From Hormiphora californensis (lineage: Eukaryota; Animalia; Ctenophora): DNA of 64,000 nt. Shown in pieces: positions 1-19,800 of the stretch (its first letter is position 1; every line of letters starts with the position of its first letter). A model generated the notes under the pieces. That model worked only from the letters and a program-made list of their open reading frames with translations, did not search any database and was not told where the DNA came from. The DNA lies in assembly GCA_020137815.1 (NCBI GenBank), contig CM035354.1, forward strand, positions 4,898,001 through 4,962,000. Reading direction: 5' to 3'. The translations under genes were made by a program, and so were the position numbers.

Positions 1-310
1 GGAGGTGACCTTTTACTCCAAACCCATGGAGCTTGTAGATAAGGCAATCAGTTGGTACCGTGTCGAAAGCTTTCTCAAAGTCCAGTAACAGTATGAAAGC
101 AGTAGCTTTTCTACGACGGTTTTCATGTAGAGTAGAAAGAAGCCTATAAAGGTATCGGGTGGTGCTTCGGACTGGGAGGAAACCCTCCTGTTCATCGTCC
201 AAGATATCCTCCATGTCGCAGAGCTCACGCATTCTTCGATCAATTATCCGCTCTAAGACCTTTCCGATGTAACTGGTGATTGATATTGGACGAAAAGAGC
301 CGGGATTTAA
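1..310 (-). mobile_element. Non-LTR retrotransposon reverse transcriptase fragment (runs off window start)
   Basis: A minus-strand frame not in the ORF track reads ...SFRPISITSYIGKVLERIID...EQEGF...ILLLDFEKAFDTVPTDCLIYKLHGFGVKG. RPISxTS, QxGF and LDxxKAFDTV are canonical LINE RT motifs. Confidence 0.9.
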
Positions 311-835
311 CCCGTTCGAGGGGCACATATTTCAGTTGGGATTGCTTAGCACCCTGCAGAAATTACATGTGGTTGGGGGACAGTATGAAATCGGTACTGC
401 GAATTGGTACGGTAGGAGACGAGGAGGATTAAGGTCTAAAAATGACTCAAAAGAGTGAAAATTGGGGAACCCGACGAAAAAAAGTCTCGAAAAGCGTGCG
501 ATCTTCGAAAAAGTGTGCAAATTTTTGAAACAAATTTAAAAAATCGAGCGCGCGTCGAGTAAATGCAACGCAATTTATAAAACTTTCGCGCGTCACAAGT
601 TAATGCATCGTGATTTTGCGCGTCGCTCTCAGCTCAGCTTCAGTTTGGATCCCAAAATTTCCAATTTTGAAACTCACTTTTTACTCCTTTACTCCGCGCT
701 GTTTCTTTCCTTACAGAATGCAGTTTATCAGGGAACTCTGTTAACCACTATGAATGGATTTGCTACATAGTACATACCCTGGATGAGTTTGGTATTTCAA
801 ATGAAAAAAATCGGGAATTTATGTCGAAAAAGCAT

Positions 836-1160
836 CCCATCCCATCCCAACATATCCCACAAACACACAGAAGTCAGTCGCGACGAAGTACCACAACTCG
901 TTTATCTGTAGAGCGACTCGACTATGGAACACACTACCCAGGGAAGTGAACTTAGCGGAAGACCTACCGTCGTTCAAGGTTCTACTAGGGGAATGGATTA
1001 AGAGATTTCCGGATCGCCTACCGGTAACCGGTTCTCGGATACCCAAAACAAATCAACAATTCATTCTTGGACTGGATACGGATCGCTTCCAGGGAGGGGA
1101 GGCTCTGTGAGGAACTGACACCTGTGTAGTTTGTACACGAAGAAGATTACAAGATTACAT
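836..1160 (+). mobile_element. 5'-truncated CR1/L2-group LINE 3' end
   Basis: Reads ...YHNSFICRATRLWNTLPREVNLAEDLPSFKVLLGEWIKRFPDRLPVTG, a typical ORF2 C-terminus (NSF..RLWNxLP..FK). It ends in a short tandem tail aagattac-aagattac at about 1143-1159. Confidence 0.7.
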
Positions 1161-1747
1161 CCAGGGCTCTTTTATCTCTACCTGCTGCGACATATCAGAG
1201 CTCTAAAGTCAGTTTGAAATTGAAAGGTCTCCGGGTGATACACACGTATGAGGTTGAAAGGTTACCGGACAAGGGCACGTGTTTTGTGGACCACCAGAAA
1301 TTAGAAAATCTACTGGAAGATTGCCTTGCTCGACCCTGTTTCCTGCGCCCCAGGAAGTTGCAATTATTAGTGGAGCCGGTGGTTTCTCCTCTGTGTCACC
1401 TGGAGTCTTCTGGGTACCTTTTGTTTGTACATATTTGTATAACTTGCAACCGCCCGCCCACTGGAGATTCAAGGCCCATTGACGATAAAGTGTTCCTTCC
1501 TAATTCCTTACTTACTTGAAATCAGGAAAAAATTTACACTATCCACTATCCAGTATCCCTGCTTTATATTTAAGAATATTGCCACTACACTCATTCTGGA
1601 ACATGCTGAATTCTAACTTCGGTACATTGATTTGACTAAGCTCGGTGATGCATATTGAAATCCGTTTAAAATTAAACATGATATAGCACGCGGTAGCGAA
1701 ACAGTACTATCCAGTATCCAGTATTTAAAACTGACACTCTCTAGCCA

Positions 1748-4272
1748 ATGGTTGTATCTCGCTCGTCGGGAAACACTGGGAGCGAACGTAAGAAAGACTT
1801 GTTATGTCGAATAAAGTACTGCAATAGGCTACCCGATATCCCGTTTGACCCTAAATTCTTGGTCTACCCTTTTGATTCGAATCGTTTTGTTAAGGTAAGT
1901 TGATGTTAGTAGCTGTGAAAATGAATGTATTGCATAAAAAATGATGGTGAATTTATTGTTTGATTTATTACTCTTCACAATATTATTTCCCTCCTCAGTA
2001 CCATCACACTTCATTGGAAGGAGACTTCAAACATGAACTTCACACAGAGGCAGACCTCGGCCTCGATGTCGATCTCATTTCCATGGACTTTGACCGAGAA
2101 AATGAGACCTCAAACTTCAATGAAATAGATGAGAAGTTGTTAGAAGATGAGGTGGCGCCCTCCAGTTCTGAAACATCCAAATCCCAACGTCGTGGTATCC
2201 AGGTATCCTGGTTACGAAGAACGGAGTACATTTCCTCAGAATACCGGCAGTTCCAGAATAAAGGACTGAGCACGGAGAACAAGATTGGAGTGTCTGTCAA
2301 AAAGAAACTACAAGGGAAGGATTTGTACAAGGACAGGGAATCCCAGATAGATGCGATCGAGCAGACGTTTGAGGCAGTCACCCAGACCATCCCTAACAGA
2401 AAGAACGGTGTATACCCTGTGGAGGTGTCCCACGTGTTCCCTGATTTCGATAACTGGAGATATCCCTTCGCGCAGGTTATCTTCGACACCAAACCTATCC
2501 CAGTGGGGTGTGATCAGAAGGATATTGATAACCTTGAGAAGAAAATGGACAAAGCCATGATCAGAGGTAATGCATTAGGTGGTAGAGACTGGGTAGTAGG
2601 TGATATTAGACTGCAGTGGGGTAGTGAATTCCATGGTGGGGTAGTGAATTCCATGGTGGGGTAGTGAATTCCATGGTGGGGTAGTGAATTCCATGGTGGG
2701 GTAGTGAATTCCATGGTGGGGTAGTGAATTCCATGGTGGGGTAGTGAATTCCATGGTGGGGTAGTGAATTCCATGGTGGGGTAGTGAATTCCATGGTGGG
2801 GTAGTGAATTCCATGGTGGGGTAGTGAATTCCATGGTGGGGTAGTGAATTCCATGGTGGGGTAGTGAATTCCATGGTGGGGTAGTGAATTCCATGGTGGG
2901 GTAGTGAATTCCATGGTGGGGTAGTGAATTCCATGGTGGGCTAGTGAATTCCATGGTGGGGTAGTGAATTCCATGGTGGGGTAGTGAATTCCATGGTGGG
3001 GTAGTGAATTCCATAGTTTCCAAATTTCAGTTTTTATCTGGGTGGGTGTATTTTTATAACACAGAAGACACATTCCAGCAGAGAAAACACCATGTTTCTG
3101 CTCTTGAATAGCAATATGCATCCATCTGCCATCTGCGTCTCTTACCACTGCGTCGTGAAAGTCAAACACTATGTTTAAAATACACCTCCTGTTCTAGTAT
3201 AATTACTCAATATGGACTAAAAATGTTATACAGCTCTTCTTCTTCTTCGTAGAGGCTGTCTCAGTCCTGTAAGGGGCTGATATATATAGCTGAGTTATAC
3301 AGCATCTAAGGGGCTGAGAGAGTTATACTGCAGCTCTGTAGCCTCTATTTCTTTCAGGTATGGTGGATGACCAAGGACACCAGTTTGTAGTATACTTCCT
3401 GCCTACCAACGAGACACTAGATAAACTGGACAAGAGGGGGGAGAGTGCAGTTGAGATGGAACAATTGGAATACAAGCTAGCCAGGGAGTATAACTGGACG
3501 GTCAATAATGATGAGAGCTCCAAAGGGTGAGTTTTGTGTGGCTCGCTTGTGTCTGAATAATCAGGTTTCATTTTACTGTCGCAATGTTTGAATGTTTACG
3601 ATAACGAGCCTAACCCTATATTTCTTTCTATCCCAGATACGAGGAGAAGTTCTTCATTGTATGGAGGGATGGGAACGTGTATTATAACGAGCTAGGTACA
3701 CGTGTCAAACTGACCAAGAGGAGATACAAGGGGAAGAAGAGAAACCAAATTAAATTGGTTGTCAGACCGAGGGAGTTGTTAGAGGGAGAGATCGCCAACT
3801 GGGTATGTGCCACGATTTTGATTCATTTCTTTCATAAATCAGAAATTCTAATTGATGTCTACTGTTTGTACTGTTTGTTATATCTCTAACACCATACTTT
3901 GTTAAACAGGAAGCGAGAATGAAGGCTCTTGAGAAAGCAGAACTGGAAGAACCGGTAGAGGAGGCGGTGGAGGGAGAGCAGAAGGAGGATGATAAGACGG
4001 AGGAGGAAGAGGAGGAAGATGATGACTTTGGAAGTCCCAAAATACAGTCACCCAATGTGGAAACTGGTATGTGAAGTTGTTTCATTTGATATTTGTATGA
4101 CAGTTACAGAGCTGTTGTTACTATGGTAACCATCTCTTCAGAAACAGCTAAGAAGCAGCCGGAAGAATCCAAGAGTTCCTCAGAAGAGGAGGAGGAGGAG
4201 GAGGATGAAGCTAAGAATATCTTTGGTAGTGATGATGATGATGACGATGATGATATGTCACTGTTGAGATAA
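1748..4272 (+). CDS. PAF1: RNA polymerase II-associated factor 1, 6 exons (approx. 1748-1894, 1999-2566, 3358-3526, 3637-3802, 3910-4066, 4142-4272)
   Basis: The spliced translation has [58 protein letters not shown] and [23 protein letters not shown] plus an acidic tail. All match PAF1, and the introns are GT-AG in compatible phases. Confidence 0.95.
2617..3014. repeat. 20-bp minisatellite (GGGGTAGTGAATTCCATGGT)n, about 20 copies, in PAF1 intron 2
   Basis: Directly visible near-perfect head-to-tail array with one G>C variant at 2941 and no spacers. Confidence 0.97.
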
Positions 4273-5347
4273 AGAAGAGACAAGGACCTGACATGATTTA
4301 TATATTTTTTCCCCGCCCGGTGAATGCCGAAGGCATTCACCCGGATGCCTTTTGTAAAAAGGCATAGGGGTTTAGAATTCGACAATTTTATTTTACATAC
4401 TAGTGAAGTGTCACGCTTTTTTGTAACGTAACCCGCTCAGTTGCGAGGGACAACGATGTTGCTCCTTCATCAAATACTTCAATGGCACGTTTTCAGGAAA
4501 TGTGAGCCGCGCAATGTGGCGCGCAATTTAGTGCTACTAAAACACAATGATTTGTTCTATACGGTTTGACTGATTCATAGATGATCGGAAATGCCTGTCC
4601 CGCCTTCCCATTAGATGGTTATGAAAATAAAGGTTGGCGGGGAAACATAGCATTATGAAACATAATGCAGTTATTCTTGTTTGTTGGATAAACAGTCTTT
4701 GTCTGGTGGATGAACTTTTATAGTGCGATTCGAGTGGCTTATGACCTAATGCGGTATGTCGGAAGAAGGACGTAATAGATGAGAATAAGAGACTACTACT
4801 AGTAACTATCAAAAAATCCGGATAACCCGGAAATCAGTGCTTTTATATTCAAATAACTTGAAGATTCAAACCCGGAGACTCGTAGTTATCCAGGCTGGAT
4901 TATTTTAGTTATTCGATTGACAAATCACTGATAATCTGCGGTAACATCCGGGTTTACATCTATTTCCTAGTGAGACGCTCTCAAACAAGTTACAGCCACC
5001 TCCTTCCCGCTTCCGGCCCATAAATCTCTCTCTGAGATGTGACGAGAGTTATTACAATTTTATTATTTGACTCAGACAGATAAGAGATAAGTAACCTTGA
5101 GAGGACGACAGGATCAATGTTTTTACACTTGAATATTTCACTCACATTGCTTTTGCGGCGTATTATATTACATTTCAATGTCTCTCTCCCCTCTCTCTCT
5201 CTCCCTTCCTTCTCCCCCACATAACAAACAAGAGAGCATTCCCCTCTATTTCTTTGCTCAAGTATTATCTCACCCCCCCCCCCCCAAATGACTAACAAGT
5301 CACTCAACTTCCTCTGTAGGCATGGTTAAATTGAATCCAATTATCGG

Positions 5348-12164
<6,817 letters not shown>

Positions 12165-12210
12165 AGGGATTGTGATTTTCTTTTATATACTCAGAGAGAA
12201 GGGGGTGGAG

Positions 12211-12428
12211 GATAGAGTGAGATAGAGTGAGATAGAGTGAGATAGAGTGAGATAGAGATAGAGATAGAGATAGAGACAGAGTGAGATAGAGTGAGATAGA
12301 GATAGAGATAGAGATAGAGATAGAGATAGAGATAGAGATAGAGATAGAGGTAGAGATAGAGATAGAGATAGAGATAGAGATAGAGATAGAGATAGAGATA
12401 GAGATAGAGATAGAGATAGAGATAGAGA
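12211..12428. repeat. (GATAGA)n / (GATAGAGTGA)n microsatellite
   Basis: Directly visible downstream of the C3orf20-like stop codon. Confidence 0.95.
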
Positions 12429-12827
12429 TTTCAGAGAAATTCAGAGTTTCAGAATCAAAGAGAATTATTATTTTTGTAGTGATGTAAAGTTTGTAAATAG
12501 TGTATGATATATTGTATCGAGGTTTTCTTATTTATTACTTGAGAATAATATGCAGAATAATATTTGAATGTTTCTTATCTCTTACCCTCCTGCTGTACCC
12601 CACATCACCTTATATTGGCAACGCACCCTCCCTCACCTTCCGTCCTCTCTGAACAGTCTGACATCACCGCTCTGTTGTGTGTGTGCTTTCTAGTTGTTGT
12701 CAGTTGATTGAGCATGTCCCTTTCCGCTCCCTAACATCAATAACATTGTTTTCTCTCTCTCCCTAACACCGATATCTAACATTATAGCGGGTACGTGGTA
12801 GAGTGAGAATGTTACTAGAAAGGTGAG

Positions 12828-14943
12828 ATGGGTGATGACGAGAGTGCCAGTACTATCAGTGTGGACAGTGAGACGTATCAGGAGATACCACGGGAGAGAA
12901 AGGAATCACAGACTGTAGTTGAGGAATCGGTACCAACGGTTAGTCTAATTTGTAGGATCTGGTTAAGTTAGTATTGTGCTTTGTCTGAATCCAAACACAC
13001 CAAGATTTATAACATGGTTCATGTTTTGTTATAGGCGGGGGATGCAGTAATAACGCTGATTGATAGAGAGGAAGAGATAGCTGAACAACTGGCCAAAACA
13101 AATGCATTGTTACAACAGGCACTTACCTCAATACGGAGTGGAAAGGTGGGTTCTTGTTGAGACAGTTGGCAAAACAACTATTGCTCATTTCTCCGAAAGT
13201 AATGAGTTTGAAGTTCGCAGAATTGTATTGAAAGTTGCAATTCAATATTGTATTCCATACTTTCAATACATTATATTGTATTCCATATTCCTAGACCCGG
13301 AGTTCCACGATACGAAAGAGAAGTGAGGAATGTGCAGGGAAGTTAGCGGACTTGGAGAGGAAGAATGAGAAACACGTGGAACAATACCAGGAGGTCCTGA
13401 ACAGTACACAGGTACATGATGTTATTTAGTGTTCCTGTTCCACACACGATATTATATGGTAGAGTTTGTCTGGCTCAATCGGAACCCTATCTCAAATATT
13501 GTAGGGACCCTCTCTCAAATGTTGTGTAAAAGAGGGTTGGAGTATGACAAAGTGGAGTGTGACACTGGAAACTTGCCAACTTCACAATATTTCTGAATCA
13601 CTAACATGTTTCAGGCTCTTGACCGGGTATTACGAGAGAAACAGAGCATGATTGAGTCCCTACAGACAATGTGTGCGGATCTACCGAATAAAAACAAAAT
13701 GCTGCAAGAACAGGTAAATACAGGCCTTGTTCGACCCTCTCGGGACCCTCTTTTGATAATGATCACTAATCAGTCACTGATCTAGTAAAACCACGATTAA
13801 ATTTATATTTTGCTTTACCTCTTGTAATTCTAAAGTTAAGTGCTTCTTATACTGCTCTGATTACACTCTTTTAGTGGTTACCATTGACACTTTAAAAAGG
13901 GTGCATTATTTCAGTTGGATCGTGCGAACGAGAGGGGAGTAGCGCTCAGCACTTCACTCCGAGATAGCCAGTCCTTGGTAGAAAATCTATCATGTCAGGT
14001 ATTTTCCAGAGTTCCGCTCTTCTTCTCTAATTATTGATTGCGGTGGTCTGTGGACCGTGTGGTTGTTTTGGTTATGTGGTCTCCTCCGTCTGCCCCTCTC
14101 TCTCCTCTGTCCACTGTCTCCTCCTCTGTCCCCCTCTCCCTTCCCCTCTCTTTATTGCACGTGTTACAGGTGACTGAACTAAAACGTTTTTACTCAATGG
14201 AGAGACAAGTTCGAAAGCAGCTGCAAGCAAAATTGCAAGTAGTAAGTTACCTCTCTCCCTCCCTCCCTCTCATTTTCTCAGATGCACATCATACGGAGTC
14301 TAATGGTTGAGACAGATGTAGGGACGCATGATTTTCCTGACCGTTTTGAGACCATAAAACAATTCATTATCTCATTCATGGAGCCGGTAACATGTTTCTC
14401 TCTCAGTGTGTCCGTGTCACAATATCCCACAACTCTGTCGTTGTGCAACTATCAAGTGATTGCTTGTTCGTCCTCTGTTCTCCTCATATACTGCAGAAAT
14501 AAGAGATCTCTGTGGAGCGTTGATTTACCTCACTTGCTGTGTCCCACCCTGTGTCACATTTCTAAAACTACAATGACGGAGCGCGCGGGGACATGTCATT
14601 TGGAGAGTTCGCGCGCGGTGCTGGTCAAAGTACGCGCAGCGCCGCCTTGATTTCTATGGCATCCAAGTGCAACAGTCACATGGAGCGATTCGATCTGATG
14701 TCCTATGCTATCACGCTCCGTCATTCGTGAATATCCTAATCTTGTTCTTAACGAACCACACCCTCTCAGGTTGATCCAAGTTTCTTCTCCATGCGATCTA
14801 CGGGGAGCAGTGGAGGAGGAGGGTCCGGTGGTGGTGGTATGGAAAGTAGAGGGATTGAGCACTTGGGGACACCCGGGGCATCTCTAACAACACAATCGGA
14901 ATATCACCGGACACCACCGTACCATAACCAAGAACTCGAGTAG
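12828..14943 (+). CDS. Uncharacterised coiled-coil protein, 8 exons (approx. 12828-12938, 13035-13145, 13295-13411, 13615-13713, 13915-13998, 14170-14238, 14282-14386, 14770-14943)
   Basis: Phase-0 GT-AG exons join into one frame: MGDDESASTISVDSETYQE...EEEIAEQLAKTNALLQQAL...KLADLERKNEKHVEQYQEVL...LDRANERGVALSTSLRDSQSLVENLSCQVTELKRFYSMERQVRKQLQAKLQ...HNQELE*. Heptad pattern; family not recognised. Confidence 0.8.
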
Positions 14944-15720
14944 GTCTTGAGATCATGAGTTCCCTTATTACCATAGCTACCTTTTAATCTTATCATGGTG
15001 ACACCATGGTCCATGGTTCCTTTAGTCGCCTGACACTGTGTCCGCGCTTTGCTTTATAGTTTATGTAAAACAAATAAAGTATGAACAATTCAAATGGTAA
15101 CAAGGTCCATATTTCAGTGCAGCAAAACTGGCAGCCTCTCACGGGGAACAACAAGCACCTCCATCAGGAATGTTCTCTGACTACAGCTCTGGGTGAGTTC
15201 TTTTGTTTCCAAACCCTGTTACTAACTTCTAATTGCATCTCTGTCTATGTTCAGGACAAACCTTGTTTTGTTCAACCCCTTTTTATTTGTGCAAAAGGCA
15301 GTCTAGATTGGCAAGACAAACCATACTATACGAATTCATTGACTTCTGTTTGCAGGTGCAGAAACTAAACCACATGAAACGATTGCTTCTACAACTACGT
15401 GTATAATTGACAGTAACGACATTTTAAACATTTTTTGTATTTGATCCAGCTTTGAGAAAAGAACATGAACCCCTCTCTGAGTTATGATTACGTGTGTGTG
15501 TGTGTGTATTTGTTTGGGTTTTTTAATGTTTTCATATTACATGTCTGTCTGTGTGAGTGTGTGATCTTGAACTGTACAATATAAACCTGTCAAGTGCTTG
15601 TTTTCTTTAAAAAACACAATTTTAAATAAATTTTCTGATTTATCTTCTACCAAGAGTTGCGAGATATTTATAATCTCTGTCTACGAAAGCTCTCCTAATA
15701 ACAAATTCTATATTTTAGCA

Positions 15721-16735
15721 ATGTCAGTGGTACCGAATGGTCTGCGGCTACTCCGTCCCCTGGCAACAACCGCCATCACCCCCAGCCGGACTATGACTGC
15801 AGTGGGTGCCACCTACAAGATGTCAAACACCCCCTGTTTCTATGACAGTAAGAGAAAGGTTGTTAAACCAGGGGCAGTTAGGAAGACTGATCTACCAGAG
15901 AATATGAAGTTGAAGGACCGCTGGTGGTCCTCCTGTGTGGAGGATGTGTTTGAGAATCATCATACCATTATTGCTTTCCATTGTACCTACACACCGAGGA
16001 TCAACTTTGAGTGAGTGATCAAGGTCCACAGTGCTATTGTTTGTTTGCTTGCTTGTTTGTTTGTAAGAGTTACCACTACTTTTATTAAATATAATTTATC
16101 CCTGTGCAGTACACTAAACTAATATCATCTCTCTCCCTCTCGTTCAGGCAGAAGCTAAACTACGACTTGTTGGATAAGCTAGAAGGTACCAGTGTCCAGG
16201 GTAACATGTTTCCTAAGAGGATCATACTGAGCTACCTGAGAAGGACACCCCGGTTCAGGCATATGATCCCACTATTCCAACACCGAACTGGCCTGTTGTG
16301 GACCAATGATGCCGATGAGGTCGTCCAGATATGTCGGTAGGTAACTGGTATGGGGGCGGGGGGGGGGGTTGTTAGAGAATATACTGGCCTTCCCCGTTTA
16401 ACCTAAAATGGCAGCTAAAAACGTGTCTTTCTTTCTCAATATTCCCATGGATTACAATACATGCCGGCAATACTTTTACCTTCCCTGACAGGGCACTAAA
16501 AGAGACACAATACACGAAACATCTGACCCTGGGAGGCCTGGTCAATGGAACTCTGTACGGACCTACCGCCCTAATGGACACTGTGGGACTAAAGGACAAA
16601 TTGTCGGAACAGGCTGCCCTAATTGGCACACTCCAGGCGGCTAGCGGTCAGGAGTTGGTCCAAGCCCTGTCTTATAACCCTGCCATGTTGAACCTTGTGT
16701 TACAGTCACGGGGTGAGGAAGGAGAGGAGAAATGA
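15721..16735 (+). CDS. MRPL10: Mitochondrial large-subunit ribosomal protein uL10m-like, 3 exons (approx. 15721-16009, 16149-16337, 16493-16735)
   Basis: An Arg/Thr/Ala-rich presequence (MSVVPNGLRLLRPLATTAITPSR) is followed by an L10-like pattern: VFENHHTIIAFH, FPKRIILSYL..RFRHMIPLF, LTLGGLVNGTLY, and C-terminal helices QAALIGTLQ..QELVQAL. Confidence 0.7.
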
Positions 16736-16886
16736 ACAATATTACTATTGGAATGTTTGTGACAAAGTTTTTTATTGGTTCTCTAACTTATTGTGAGAAA
16801 AAGGAATTGTTTGTTGTGTGCCCTAGTTTCGCTAACTCGCCCCCCCCCCCCCCCCTGCTAACTCTCTCACCCCTATATAGCTCAAA

Positions 16887-19800
16887 ATGCAATGCTGCCG
16901 GTCCTCTCTAGTCCGGGGTTCTGCACTCTCAACAACTCGATCTACCTCTTCAAGATCCCAGATTGGACCATTCTTTGAACCAAACACTAACGAGACCATA
17001 ACAAAACAACCAAAATGGTGGCATGGTAAGATAATCCTGATTTTCTTGTCACCATTTTTCATATCATCGAGATTTTCCAAATTCATGTTTATCACTCATT
17101 TCAGAGTTAACATTAACCCCAATAATATCTCCCAGGACACCACAATAGAACAGTAGTTGACCAGGTGTTTGCAGATGCTCAGGAGAGGATGGAACGTTAC
17201 AATGACCTGGGCAAGATGAGAGGGAGACTACATTACAACGAGAAAAGGGTACTCCAAGTCATCAAAACACCTGGGGTAGGTAAACACGTGGTTTTCAAGG
17301 ATAAATTATGCAGTAAATCACCAAAGTCACACATTATTCAAGTTATATTTCACTCTTCACAACTGTCTCTAACCGAAACATGGAAATGGTATCCAGATCT
17401 CGGTTTCACACTCGCAATCCTCTCCATCTCAACGCTCTCTCCGGGTATCGGTGTAAAGATAAAGTTGTGTAGAAGATGGCACAATAGAATCTTGAACTCT
17501 ACTCTCGCCACATCCCGTCCAATACATGTCCGTGGCCCGGCACCAAATGGTTGGTAAGGTGCCCTCTCTCTGTCCACCCTAAACTCATCATGATCCGGTC
17601 CCCATAGCTCCGGTAGATGGGCATACATGTTGAGACAGTGGACAATGGTAGTCCCCTTTGGAATAGTAACACCACACACCCTCGTGTTGTGAGAGAGAAC
17701 TCGTCTCAGTCCTGGTACCGGTGCATAGAGTCTGAGTGTCTCCTGCATTAGCTGGTTTAGTCTTGGTAACCGTGCTAATTTCTCATAGCAACCATCCTCC
17801 TCGTGCTCCTTCATAAAATCAGCAACTTCTTCCTTGGCGTACTCTTGTAGGTCACGTGACCTTGCCACGTGACCTAGAGCGAAGGTAACCACGTGGGCTA
17901 TGGTCTCCTGACCTGCTATAAACATGGACAGCATCTCATCAACACGATCTTCAGGACTATCTGGATATCGTGCCATGATCTCATCCAACAAACATCCTTC
18001 CCCTGGTGGTGATGATGTTTTGTCACCCAATTGATGCTGTGCCATGTGAGCCTCACAACTCGCCCTGAGACTTCTAACTGCGTCCCGTACCCTCTCCCTC
18101 TTCTCCCTCATGTCAGGTCTGATTCCTGCTAGAGGGATTCCGTGAGCGATAGCGGCACCCTGCAGAGCGGTCTCCAACCATGTACCAAACCTGTTGTTGG
18201 ACCTGTTGGAGAGGGGACATTGAGTTTCACCTATAAAACCATGATCGTTTCTCTGAGAATAGAATATCACAACACAAAATGTTACTTACTCAGCAACACT
18301 GTTGATATCCCAGTGGAAAGCAGTGAGTGCAATTACGTCACAGGCTGCAGCGTTAAGCCACTTGTTCATATCAACCACCACCCCGGTACCTTGTAGATTC
18401 CTCAATTTTGTAGTTAGCCGTTCTGCTACCAGGGTTATTTGTTGGAAGTACCGCTTTAGGTAGGTCCGGGTGAAGTACCTGCAGAGATATGATCTAATAT
18501 AGTGTGAAGAGAAAACACGAGATGTTCATACAATAATACAAGTCAGAAAATTATTGATTTTAGAAACTTGGTGTATTTCAGATATAAGATGGATATAATA
18601 CTTGCTGTACGCTGATCTGTTCTCTCTCCACGTTTCATCTCCCTTGTTAATGAAAATACTCTTTCTACCACAGAACCGCTCTCCAAACAAATACGCCTGG
18701 AAAATATTGATTATTTTGTCCGTGGCTTGACCCTTACAAAGAAGATCATTCTTATGGTGCTTCAAAAAAAGAATACAGATTCCATGGCATGTGATCTGTT
18801 TCTACCTCGGGTCGATTATCCAATTTCTTGTGAATGTTGCTGACTACTGTGTCTCTAATTGAGTCTGGATCACATATCAGTACCATGGGTCTCACAGTGA
18901 ACCACACCACAACTACCGGTCCATACTGCTTGTAGCAGGTGTGGAGGAAACTGAAACCTGTGGAACAACCTGTTAACTTCATCTACCAAGTAGCACTGGA
19001 ACTCTTTCAAAAGAATAAAAATACATACAATTAACTTATCCTAATATCTGTTGTTGAAAAGATCAATGATCACGCTGCCCCCCCCCCCTGTTGATGTCCC
19101 TACCTGTCCGATCCTGTTCGTATTCTCGTTTCATGGTGACGATATTGCCCAGAAAGAAGGAATCTCTTGGAGGTCCTGGTATGTGTCTGTACTTGTGATG
19201 TCTGTAGCCCACCCACAGGCATACTGCAATGGGCACCAGGAAAACAATGGAGAGAAGGCACAAGCAAATCATTCAAACAGAAACGGGGGAAGAAGAGATT
19301 GTATGTGAGAGAGAGGGTGAGAGAGATCACTTTTGTCTTTTGTATCTACGGACGACACATGCACACACTCTATGTACTAACTCGTCCAGTACAATGCACG
19401 TGCTGTATTGTCCAAAATATCAGTTGTGACATGTGTGTCCCTACATGAAGTTACAGGTTCCACCTCTGAATGTTAAACACTCAGTTTTTGCTTTGGAGTT
19501 ATCAAAAACCAAACTTCTGAGTCTTGAGAGTTTTAGTGGTTATGCTTCAATTTTCCCGTTCAGGTCCAGAAGTTTCTCGATAAGTTACAGGAGGATTTGT
19601 TAGCGGAACTTCCAGACCGGAAAGAAGAGGCTGATTTGGAGACTAGGAGACAAATGATGATTCTTAGTGGAAATGATAAACTATTTGGTTTGGACCCCTT
19701 CAACTACAATCTTCAGGTAAGTAAATTGTGATTGAAAATGAAGATCAGTACATAAAACTCAGTACATAAAAGTTACAAAGTTGCCTTTTCAAATAGGCAT

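Noticed and set aside
2514-3169. Repetitive ORFs ([20 protein letters not shown])n and a possible CRISPR-like array
   Set aside because: These are translations of a 20-bp intronic minisatellite that is stop-free on the minus strand. There are no spacers or cas genes, and the context is eukaryotic.
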